A DNA stretch of 64,000 nucleotides, from the IMG/VR virus record IMGVR_UViG_3300044981_000204, positions 1-64,000 of that record, one strand, 5' to 3'. This DNA is from a virus. The notes under the pieces are model-generated. The model was not told the origin of the DNA. It worked only from the letters and a program-made list of their open reading frames with translations, and searched no databases. Made by a program: the position numbers and the translations under genes. Of the stretch, positions 46,901 to 54,885 are shown one piece after another (the first letter of the stretch is position 1; each line of letters begins with the position of its first letter).

Positions 46901-47996
46901 GAGTCCCGAACCGTTCGTGCCAATTGCCAACTTCCCCGTGGTGAGCAACACCTCGGATACCATGACGTTGTCTGCTGGGGATCCTACCACGTGTGTTCAG
47001 GGCGCTTCCCTAAAGGCTGGCGACGTGGTGGTCATGAGATCCTTGTTCACGTTCGGCCAGGACTCGGTAGGTAATTACTTCGAAGACCTGCTGTGGGTCA
47101 ATGCGCTAAATCCTCTCTTCGACCCGTGGCAGGTGTCAGGCGCCACGAACGCATCCCCCATCGTTCTGACCATAGCGGTTCCCACTGGTGAAGCGTTCCC
47201 ATTCTCTAATGGGGACACGGTAGTTGCGCAAGGGGTGCAGGGCAATTCGGCGGCGAATGGTGGATGGGTGGCTGCGAACGTGGATGCTGTGGCAGGAACG
47301 CTCGAGCTGTCTGGGTCAACAGGCAGCGGTGCTTATACCCTTGGAGGAACCGTTGCTAAGCAGGACAGGGGTTTGAAGCCAAACGACGAGGTCGGAGCCT
47401 TTGCGTTCATCATCGCCGGCACGGGACGTGGCACCGGGGCAAAGATCAAGTACAACACGAGCACTCGGATCTACATCTCGGGCGATTGGCCAATTGCTCC
47501 AGATTCCACCAGCCAGATAATCATCATAGAGGGAACTTCCGTGGTCGATACGCCATCGAAGCCTTTCAGCAACCAAACCCCTCAACTTGTTGTTAGTTAC
47601 GGCGTTGACGTCAGCAACTTCGAGGACGAGCCCCTCTTGGTCAGGGTCCACGTGCAGTCCCAGAATGGCACCGTAAACCCGATGCCGCTATCTCCGTTCA
47701 GGGAAATGTGGGCATTTGGTCAGGGGAGTCAGACCCTTTCGCTGACAGTGGTGTCCAATACAGTCCTTGTTGATGCTACATATGGCATCATAAATTGTGA
47801 TGCTTCGGCCGGACCATTCACAGTAACCATGCCGCCGGGCGCGTCATTCGTGGGCGAAAGTATAGTTTTGAACAAGGTTGATGCTACCGCAAACATCGTC
47901 ACCGTACAGGCCAATGGGTCCGAAACCTTCGCGTTTGGGACCAGCATGCAGCTGCAGCTGCAGGGTGACTCTGTGGCAATCTTCGGCGATCATTAG
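43902..47996 (+). CDS. Tail tip / baseplate hub (central fibre) protein
   Basis: C-W-F, C-Y, FCTY---C--R, FGGF, VPLAYG, NPAWILLDVL and IDLQSF-DAAQICD motifs. Confidence 0.85.
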   Translation: MASIGSILTAKEQSQTYRPLLLCEFTFKSGRILRVSTDPLSSTYYGTPTAGTYEFQGAPWYPRVLNQDIGATQSMSDVGIDTVPTVTIVLDDPDKNLYLNWEQNEGFKGSTLRLYSTMWDPTNRATGSFSSDGLTLIKFIGICSSPSMDDRTLTVSVTSLLNMTQSQMPALRIQPLCSWTFAGTPANQIDGQSDDSSPFFQCGYGYGVGGPGNPSSGTAAFTFCTYDFDACISRLGNAGAPIPILQDQFGNHTGRFGGFRFVPSLNVGLQRPYVSGKWEQIINVNANDTKYGDAVPLAYGTTWVTPPVMGVWGDGNYTGIEVLLSFGQINRVKKVVVNGHEVAQIADEFSTQPNNYLPSDATVSDFKNGFWKTVNNGQRNGTPSPQPGWQSLGDPYGSTCAIYIEVLRQIASEGSLPQVQVLVEGQQLRVYTNPTTFTKIFTQNPAWILLDVLTWATWRYQDIDLQSFIDAAQICDQQINFFRMDGIFSNVYSDSGNPPYAKYSVGFCIQQRTSIGELVRGLRNAMKAMLFFDYQSGKLKLVIKQTIASQQPNPIPGSNFNTPVPSVTVAGVSQTGYVAYSFDASNITKSDDGRLSLNIRQLTNQDAASKASVTFQNRENSFSQDSATIVDTEDVARLGFEVASGNFTVVGPQTFDHVRRVVLTWMAENYRGNARLDYTGSAIGDTGGTLIAELETTVKAIHLVVGHIVMLSDLQHGLVNQPFRIIKVQPSVNFETCKVTMTFHNDNWFQDSYGQANQPKYSRVQTLVTRPPFALRPGIEQPIVGDAYYGRTDLGFGVQESFTVAADKSVIAQVLVTTKVPVNSFPTAPGRPKLELAGAQASGGGYPPSTTYYAALSALQGVGTSSLMSALSDPVPITLDGSHGALSFSVQHWPDNPSGYFAFAGDDPFDMSYQAQSTANPSSVVLTNNYNKASWGPPDEAASNFRWEIFRIRHSGVWGASVLAVSSTTIQVPVFPGWGFLSNQWAGRVLSVLGIATTDASPEPFVPIANFPVVSNTSDTMTLSAGDPTTCVQGASLKAGDVVVMRSLFTFGQDSVGNYFEDLLWVNALNPLFDPWQVSGATNASPIVLTIAVPTGEAFPFSNGDTVVAQGVQGNSAANGGWVAANVDAVAGTLELSGSTGSGAYTLGGTVAKQDRGLKPNDEVGAFAFIIAGTGRGTGAKIKYNTSTRIYISGDWPIAPDSTSQIIIIEGTSVVDTPSKPFSNQTPQLVVSYGVDVSNFEDEPLLVRVHVQSQNGTVNPMPLSPFREMWAFGQGSQTLSLTVVSNTVLVDATYGIINCDASAGPFTVTMPPGASFVGESIVLNKVDATANIVTVQANGSETFAFGTSMQLQLQGDSVAIFGDH

Positions 47997-48004
47997 ATAG
48001 ACCC

Positions 48005-51000
48005 ATGCCTACCTTAACTCCCAACTTAGTTGTCATCGGCACCAGCGGAACCCCCTTGTCTCCTGCCTCCCCACCAGCTCCTCCCGGAGTCGTGTCTGTC
48101 GGTCCTCCTACCATAACCGTAGACAACGCCGGTCAGGTCCGACTGGACTTCAACGTCGTGTATCCTGCCATACTTGGAACAATGACGGACTTGAACGTGC
48201 GCGTGGAGATGCCATACTCGGGCAATAAGAGCGGGGACACTTCCGTCAATGTCCCGCCCCAGACTACCGTGGACGTGCAGGGACCTTACCCATTGGCCGT
48301 AGTTTTGGGGGTTGTTCAGAACCCGGTCGCGACGGTGATTGAGCCAGCACCTGCTACTCCCCAGACCTGGGCAGCTTGGTTCTACACGTCGTCCAAGGTG
48401 TATAGCAACCTTTACACTGACCCAAGCGCTGTGCTAGTGACGTTCGAGGTTGATCCAACTACCGGACTTACGGCGGGTGCCGAATGGGCCCCCAACCCCC
48501 TCAACCTACAACTAACGGTCGATCGCCAGGTGCGGGTCGGAGCGGAGCAGTGGTGGAGACCGAACCTAGCTTGGGTGGACCCAAACACCGACCCTTTGTT
48601 TAGCAACGTTGCGAAGTGGAACATCGGACTCTTGGACCCCCTCATCGGGGCACTGGACGTGGAGGACGACATCATCACGCTGGGGTCCGTGACGCCCGAC
48701 AATACCAGCTATCAGTCGGGGTGGATCAAGGTTGGGGATGGTCCAGTCGACTTCGTCCTGATGGTCCGTCCCGTGACGGCTGATGGGTTCCAAAACTCGT
48801 ATGTTCCGGGCACTACGGCGGCGATCAAGGTCACCATTGGACCGACGGCCCCGCTGCAGGATGTGTCGGGGTTCTCCGTGTCTGCCTCGTATGGCTCGTT
48901 CGATGCGACCGGGAAGACGGCATTGATCGTAGTACCGAACTTTGTGCCGCCTGCTGATGACCCGACTTGGGCCAACATCGACTTCTGGTGGCAAGACCCT
49001 TCTGGCGCCTGGAAGGTGCTCAACTCCCCCGCAGTTGGGGGAGTGGCTAGTGAGGCGGTCATTTCTCAGCTTCCCACGGCGGCGTTCTCCACCAACTTTT
49101 TAGCGGTGTCGAAGGACGCGAACGGACTGGATAGGGACGGCAATGCCTCGACCGACCCGACGATGCCACCAGCCGGCACTCCCGCGTTCGGCCCCCTGAA
49201 CATAGAACCCCCCAATGTTGCTGTTCCGCTGAGCGATGTTACTAACTTCTCGGTATCGTTCACCTATAGCGCTCCCGACAACGACGGTAAGTTCAACCTG
49301 CTCGAGGTTCCCTCATTCACGCCCCCCGTCTCAACGCAATGGGGTTGGATAGAGTTCTGGGGGACGGACGCGGGGCAATCGTGGCGAGTTTTGGGGGATC
49401 CGTCTAGTCCGGGGGCAGCGGGGGAGGCCGTGATACCGCAACTACCCTCTGCCGCGTTCAACGCCGTGTTTTTGGCGGTCTCACAGGACGTAAACGGAAA
49501 AGATAAGAATGGCAATGCTGCTACTCCCACTGGGCACTGCAACACGTCCGGCAACATGGTAGCGTGGGTCGATGGTATAACTTTTACGGCGGCGATGAAT
49601 GGAAAAACTTTCTGGATTGGTAATACTGCGTATATGGTCGCGGCGAGCGGGTTCATCGACCAGCACAACTTGACCCTGACATCTAGTCCCGGGAACCAAT
49701 CTGGTGCCAGCTGGGTATGTCCAGCGCAAGGCACGCCGTCGTTCGGCCCCCTGACCATCACGCCGCCAGGGTTAGGGAGCTTGGGTCAGGAGTTTGCGGG
49801 GGTCGTCACTGGGCAAGGCATCTCCATAGGCCCGAATCAGCCAAGGGCGGACGGGTCCTACAACCAGCCCATTACACCAACGTTCATTCCTCCCGCGAAC
49901 GACACCAGGTGGTTCTCGGTCGACATCGTGATCAAATATGCAGATGGATCTGTGTGGACTCTCGCTAGGGCGGTGCGCAACAGCGGTGAGACGTTCACCT
50001 GGAACGTGGTTGCGGGATCTCAGACAGCGCGCTTCTACTTCGTGTCGCGTAATGTTGCGGGAGACAAGAACTCTATACAGGATCCGGGGGTTACTCCCTT
50101 CGTCGACAAGGTGGTTGGTAGCACCTCGCAGCTTGACTTCAGTCAGGCTAAGCTATCGTCCTTTAACCAGAACCAATTGCGCATCAATCCGTCAACAGGC
50201 CAATTTGAGGCCTACACCATTGACTCCGCCATCATTGGGTTCCTCCAAATAGGTGGCGGAAATGCGAACGGACTCTGCAGCACCACGACCGCAAACAACA
50301 TAGTAACTAGCACGTCTGGGTCGTTCGGATCCTATATGCCGCACACCCTCCTATGGATCAGGGGGGTGAACTACGTAGTTACGGCATTCATCGATGCCGC
50401 GCACGTGATAATAGACCGCAACGCAGGAAACTCAACCAACGTCCCTTGGTCGTGGGGCATGAATCCCCAGCTCAAGGTATTCGATCGGGGAGGGTTGCAG
50501 ATAGGTTTTTGGGGGGACGACTCGTTCAACACCGGGTTCGTGGGGCTGTTCGCCGGGCGAAACGTTAGGCTCGGCGGAACCATTAGCAGCCCTATTTTGC
50601 AGGTAGACTCGGCTGGAGCGGTCACCATAAACGGTGCAACGTTCACACTCGTGCTGAACGGGGTTATGACTCAAATAAATAATCAAGCTGGATTTGGCCC
50701 CGGAGGAGGCTATGTGGGGGGCTTGGTGGTGACGCACCAAGCAACTGGATTGGCCATAGGTATAACCGGCAATTCGATGATATTTGTCGGTTCTTCTTTT
50801 GTTAGTGGAGGAACCTCCGGGTTTTTCAGGACAGGGTCTGGTTGGTCGTTGCTCATGGACCAGGTTTCCTGCTTAACGCTGGTTGGGTCGACCCTAAAGT
50901 TTCTTCAAAACATACCAGCTCCTACTACAGCAACAGGAGGTAGTGGGGTGCTCCCAACAAATCCCGTAGGATTTTTGCTATTTACTGATACCTCCGGAAA

Positions 51001-51031
51001 CACGAGGAAGATACCGTACTATGCTAATTGA
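48005..51031 (+). CDS. Tail fibre / host-specificity protein with internal repeats
   Basis: Two repeats of about 120 aa; C-terminal LPTNPVGFL...RKIPYY fibre-tip motif. Confidence 0.75.
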   Translation: MPTLTPNLVVIGTSGTPLSPASPPAPPGVVSVGPPTITVDNAGQVRLDFNVVYPAILGTMTDLNVRVEMPYSGNKSGDTSVNVPPQTTVDVQGPYPLAVVLGVVQNPVATVIEPAPATPQTWAAWFYTSSKVYSNLYTDPSAVLVTFEVDPTTGLTAGAEWAPNPLNLQLTVDRQVRVGAEQWWRPNLAWVDPNTDPLFSNVAKWNIGLLDPLIGALDVEDDIITLGSVTPDNTSYQSGWIKVGDGPVDFVLMVRPVTADGFQNSYVPGTTAAIKVTIGPTAPLQDVSGFSVSASYGSFDATGKTALIVVPNFVPPADDPTWANIDFWWQDPSGAWKVLNSPAVGGVASEAVISQLPTAAFSTNFLAVSKDANGLDRDGNASTDPTMPPAGTPAFGPLNIEPPNVAVPLSDVTNFSVSFTYSAPDNDGKFNLLEVPSFTPPVSTQWGWIEFWGTDAGQSWRVLGDPSSPGAAGEAVIPQLPSAAFNAVFLAVSQDVNGKDKNGNAATPTGHCNTSGNMVAWVDGITFTAAMNGKTFWIGNTAYMVAASGFIDQHNLTLTSSPGNQSGASWVCPAQGTPSFGPLTITPPGLGSLGQEFAGVVTGQGISIGPNQPRADGSYNQPITPTFIPPANDTRWFSVDIVIKYADGSVWTLARAVRNSGETFTWNVVAGSQTARFYFVSRNVAGDKNSIQDPGVTPFVDKVVGSTSQLDFSQAKLSSFNQNQLRINPSTGQFEAYTIDSAIIGFLQIGGGNANGLCSTTTANNIVTSTSGSFGSYMPHTLLWIRGVNYVVTAFIDAAHVIIDRNAGNSTNVPWSWGMNPQLKVFDRGGLQIGFWGDDSFNTGFVGLFAGRNVRLGGTISSPILQVDSAGAVTINGATFTLVLNGVMTQINNQAGFGPGGGYVGGLVVTHQATGLAIGITGNSMIFVGSSFVSGGTSGFFRTGSGWSLLMDQVSCLTLVGSTLKFLQNIPAPTTATGGSGVLPTNPVGFLLFTDTSGNTRKIPYYAN

Positions 51032-51034
51032 CCG

Positions 51035-51193
51035 TCACTTGCAGGTGTGCGTCCAAAAGCATGGTGGTACTGCCAAGGGTGGACACGTTGGGCAGTATTG
51101 GTTTCCCCAAGGAGGAGGATTTCCCGGCTCGCATCCCGTGAGGGATAGCATGAAAACTATCACTATTGCAAGAAAGAGGGTTTTGAGTCTCAT
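51035..51193 (-). CDS. Small Pro/Cys-rich lipoprotein (52 aa)
   Basis: MRLKTLFLAIVIVFMLSLTG-C lipobox; TACAAT lies 7 nt before ATG 51193. Confidence 0.65.
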   Translation of the reverse strand: MRLKTLFLAIVIVFMLSLTGCEPGNPPPWGNQYCPTCPPLAVPPCFWTHTCK

Positions 51194-51297
51194 GCAACCC
51201 ATTGTACATCGGACCCTATGTCGGGTGAGGTATTTGTGCCATCCACGGACCTTTTTGGTTTCCGCCCTGAGTTCTAGTGTTACAATCAAGGTTTAGC

Positions 51298-51588
51298 ATG
51301 CGTACTTTAATAGCACCACATGTCGCTGATCGAATCCGCCACTTGCAGAGTCAAATAGCTACCTTGACCAACGCCAGTGCCCAGGTAGCCATGTACGTGG
51401 CCTGGAGTGAGGAGTTAGCGGTTCGTAAGCGGGAGGTGGTCCTTGCTGCTGGGCGTAGGCCAGACGAGTTCTTGGGAGTCGACTTCATCGAGTCGCCTGA
51501 GGGGATGGTGGGTGAAGCGCAGGAGAGGCCAACTCTAGCTAGTGTTGAAGCGTCCGATGAGCGGGACCGCCCCGGGGAGGACAACTAA
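51298..51588 (+). CDS. Hypothetical protein (possible fibre chaperone)
   Basis: ATG 51298 downstream of TACAAT; coiled-coil N-terminal half. Confidence 0.6.
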   Translation: MRTLIAPHVADRIRHLQSQIATLTNASAQVAMYVAWSEELAVRKREVVLAAGRRPDEFLGVDFIESPEGMVGEAQERPTLASVEASDERDRPGEDN

Positions 51589-51592
51589 TCCT

Positions 51593-51961
51593 ATGCATGC
51601 TGTGGTTGAGTGGGGGGTGGTCGATCGCCCACAGAGGTACCCTGAGTTCATCTGCGGCAATATCTTCGTCCGCCCCAATTGTCTCACAAACGTGGGGGAT
51701 AGGCTGCCCGGTCATACCCACAACTTCGACCACGTGATGTTGGTCCTGAAGGGTTCCTTCCTAATCACTGTGAAGTACCCGGACGGCACCGCTAGGGGTA
51801 GGACGTTCAAGGCCCCGAGCTGGGCACTCATACGGGCCGAGATGGAGCACGAGGTCGAGGCGCTCGAGAAGGACTCAATCTTCTGGTGTGTGTACAGCCA
51901 CCGTGACCCGCAGGGTCGGGTCACGCAGGAAGTGACTGGTTGGGAGGAGGCCTACTCCTGA
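51593..51961 (+). CDS. Cupin-domain protein
   Basis: GHTHNFDH--LV-KG...AP---I-AE-EH---ALE...C---H. Confidence 0.8.
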   Translation: MHAVVEWGVVDRPQRYPEFICGNIFVRPNCLTNVGDRLPGHTHNFDHVMLVLKGSFLITVKYPDGTARGRTFKAPSWALIRAEMEHEVEALEKDSIFWCVYSHRDPQGRVTQEVTGWEEAYS

Positions 51962-52629
51962 TGTCCTGGGCGTTCGTGCAAGGGAAGGAAGGGGCCGTGT
52001 CCCAGGCCTCCAACTTCACCATAGTTCTACCCGGGAACACGGTTGCGGGCGACACCATCATCGTCATGTTCAACCAGGACGTGGGCGGAACCCCGTCGGT
52101 GACGGACTCGCAGGGCAACACCTATACGTCCTGCGGAACTCAGCCATCCATATCTCTGCCAACTACTGAGGTATTCTTCATCTTTACTGCTCCCGTATCC
52201 TCTAGCGCCGCGTGCACCATCAACATCAACGTTGGGGGAGCTACCGTGAGGACCTCGTGGGCCCTCGAGTACTCTGGGCTGGTGTCAAATCCTTACGACG
52301 TCCAGAGTGCGACAGCAAATAGCGCCAACGACTGCGTGACGGGGGCCATGACCACGGCAGCAACAAATGAGCTGGTAATCTCCTATTTTGCTGCTGCAAC
52401 GTCTCCTACGTTCACGTTCGGCAGCGGCACGACGAGGCTAACCAACACCAATAATCAGATATGTCAAGATCAGAACCAAGCGAGCGCTGGATCCGTGAAT
52501 CCTCAAGCTACGGCCTCATCAGTCAGCGGTACGTATAGGGTCGGCGCATATGGTGCAACGTTCAAGCAGACAGCTGCGGCAGGGGGAGTTCGCCGCTCTG
52601 GGTTTGACGGGGGATTCCGAGGGATTTGA
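51961..52629 (+). CDS. Beta-rich virion-type protein; paralog of 16354-17067 without a signal peptide
   Basis: GGAGG SD and ATG 51961; VTDSQGNTY, LEYSG, TTAATNELVI. Confidence 0.7.
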   Translation: MSWAFVQGKEGAVSQASNFTIVLPGNTVAGDTIIVMFNQDVGGTPSVTDSQGNTYTSCGTQPSISLPTTEVFFIFTAPVSSSAACTININVGGATVRTSWALEYSGLVSNPYDVQSATANSANDCVTGAMTTAATNELVISYFAAATSPTFTFGSGTTRLTNTNNQICQDQNQASAGSVNPQATASSVSGTYRVGAYGATFKQTAAAGGVRRSGFDGGFRGI

Positions 52630-52644
52630 CGAGGTGAAGACCTG

Positions 52645-53952
52645 ATGAAGATAATACTCAAGCAAGGGCAGACAAGTCAGCGAATAGTGGTGTTCATCCA
52701 GGATTCTTCGGTAACCACCGGTGCTGGGCTGACGGGACTTACATTCAGCAGCTCTGGGTTGGTCTGGTACTACTGGAGGGAGGACTCCGGAAACGCGGGA
52801 GGCACCTCCGTGACCCTTGCTACCGCCACTCGGGGCACGTGGTCCACCGGAGGATTCATTGAGATCGACTCCGCCAACCTTCCCGGGTTCTACGAGCTAG
52901 GCGTTCCTAACGCTGTTCTCTCGGCATCCAACACACCCAAGTGGGCGGTCATGATGCTGAAGGGCGCCGCGAACATGGTGCAGACCGCGGTCGAGGTTCA
53001 ACTCGTTCCTTGGGATCCTACGGACGCGGTTAGGTTGGGGCTCTCGGCTCTTCCCAACTCAGCAGCAGCCTCGGCCGGGGGATTGCCAACGGTGGGCACC
53101 GGGGCCTCCCAACTGGATGTAGACGCGAGCGGTCGAGTCAACATTGGCAAGATCTTGGGAGGGGTGGTGCCGGCACCCAACGTCACCGGCATTCCCAAGG
53201 TGGACGTAAGCGATTGGCTGGGAGTCGCGCCAAACGTCCTTATCAGCGGACGAGTGGACGCGAGCACCGGAGCCGTAGGAGATAAGACCGGCTACTCCCT
53301 GTCTGCGCTAGAGTCGCCAATAGTTGAGTCAGGAACCGCCCAGGCAGGAGCTTCGTCGACCATCACGCTGCGCTCTGGGGCGTCGGCCACAGACAATCTG
53401 TTTCGTAGTCTGGAGATAAAGATCTATGGCGGTACCGGCGCTGGTCAGGCGAGGACCATCACCGGCTATGTCGGCAGCACTAAGGTGGCAACGGTCGACA
53501 ACCCTTGGATAACCAATCCGGATGTGACGTCCACGTATGCAATCAGCGCACATCCGCTTGCAAAGCTCGATGGATCTCAGCAGGTCACGGCTGCGGCAGT
53601 AGCTAGCGTCTCGGGCTCGGTGGGCAGCGTAGCGGGTGCTGTCGGAAGCGTCACGGCTCCCGTGACCGTGGCATCTCAGCAGATACAAATCAAAAAGAAC
53701 GTCGCCCTTACCCTACCATTCTTCATGTTCGACTCGACGCTGCACCAATTGGTCACTGGAAAAACGGTCACCGTCAAGTACTCCATCGACGGCGGTGCGC
53801 AGTCATCGACAAGCAACGGAGTTGCCGAGGTTGGCGGCGGTGAGTACCGCATCGCGCTGTTGGCCGCAGAAATGAACGGCACGATCATAGCCTTGACCAT
53901 GACCGCGAGCGGATGCGACGACCAGGCGGTGACCATCTTCACTCAAGCGTGA
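52645..53952 (+). CDS. Putative virion structural protein
   Basis: 435 aa, Thr/Gly-rich; SGTAQAG..GTGAGQAR-ITGY-GSTKVATV module. Confidence 0.7.
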   Translation: MKIILKQGQTSQRIVVFIQDSSVTTGAGLTGLTFSSSGLVWYYWREDSGNAGGTSVTLATATRGTWSTGGFIEIDSANLPGFYELGVPNAVLSASNTPKWAVMMLKGAANMVQTAVEVQLVPWDPTDAVRLGLSALPNSAAASAGGLPTVGTGASQLDVDASGRVNIGKILGGVVPAPNVTGIPKVDVSDWLGVAPNVLISGRVDASTGAVGDKTGYSLSALESPIVESGTAQAGASSTITLRSGASATDNLFRSLEIKIYGGTGAGQARTITGYVGSTKVATVDNPWITNPDVTSTYAISAHPLAKLDGSQQVTAAAVASVSGSVGSVAGAVGSVTAPVTVASQQIQIKKNVALTLPFFMFDSTLHQLVTGKTVTVKYSIDGGAQSSTSNGVAEVGGGEYRIALLAAEMNGTIIALTMTASGCDDQAVTIFTQA

Positions 53953-53955
53953 GCT

Positions 53956-54885
53956 ATGCCGATAACATTACTATCTCCAGCAGTTTCGTGGCGTCGCCGA
54001 CCTGGCGTGGCGACCCCCATCACTTTTCCGCCTCCAGCATTCGCGTTTCTTCCGGCAGGGTCTGCTCCGGGGAGCCACACCGTTGACCAACCCACGTGGG
54101 ACGGACTTAGGCAGGCGACCAACACGGACTGGACGGACCGCAACGGGGCTAGTAAGAAGTACACCAACATCCAGGACATCTACTTCAACCGTTGGCTCGT
54201 GTCTAGGTCTGGCGCGGTTGGCATAGCGAACGCGCAAGCTTACAACTTCGTCGCGGCCCAGGGGGTGACGGTCCCCGACCACGGTCACTATGGGGTGTCC
54301 GTTGCCGGAGGGTCCATGACAGCCGGAATATCCGCCACCTTGACCTTGACCCCGGTGCCGTGGGGCGTCAACGGCGCCGACGTGGGGCATTCTATCACCA
54401 TCAATGATGGAGGAGCCACCGAAGTCGTCACGATAACGGGGGGAACTGCGGTCGCTGGCTCAAGCTCCGGCACCATAACTATCTTGCCTGCCCACAACCA
54501 CGTCGGAAGCACTTGGACCGTGGGGAGCGCGACGGCCGGGCTGTATGAGGCAAAGAACGACCTTCCTACGGACCTCACCAAGCTAAATGGCGCCCTCCTA
54601 CTAAGCAACGGGGTGCCGCAGTACTTCCAAGGTGGCGCTTGGCAGACGTTTAGCGGAGGTGGTGGCGGTAGACCGACCCAGCAAGACCTTAGCACTCCAT
54701 ACAACGCGGGAACCCTAACGTTGGCCATTAGTGGGGCGGCAACAATCCTGAACGTTTATAGGAACGGGCTTAAGCTGTTCGTAGGGGTTCATTACACGTT
54801 CGTGGGGGGAGCTAGCACCTTCACGATGATCCTTGGTCCGAGTTCTTCCCTAGATGACCAACTATTCGTGGAGTGGTGGGCATGA
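53956..54885 (+). CDS. Putative virion structural / fibre-associated protein
   Basis: 309 aa; C-terminal VYRNGLKL..G-HYT motif common in phage structural proteins. Confidence 0.65.
   Translation: MPITLLSPAVSWRRRPGVATPITFPPPAFAFLPAGSAPGSHTVDQPTWDGLRQATNTDWTDRNGASKKYTNIQDIYFNRWLVSRSGAVGIANAQAYNFVAAQGVTVPDHGHYGVSVAGGSMTAGISATLTLTPVPWGVNGADVGHSITINDGGATEVVTITGGTAVAGSSSGTITILPAHNHVGSTWTVGSATAGLYEAKNDLPTDLTKLNGALLLSNGVPQYFQGGAWQTFSGGGGGRPTQQDLSTPYNAGTLTLAISGAATILNVYRNGLKLFVGVHYTFVGGASTFTMILGPSSSLDDQLFVEWWA

Noticed and set aside
48005-51031. Diversity-generating retroelement or invertible fibre cassette
   Set aside because: No reverse transcriptase or invertase in the window, and the repeats are diverged at protein level rather than adenine-specific variants.
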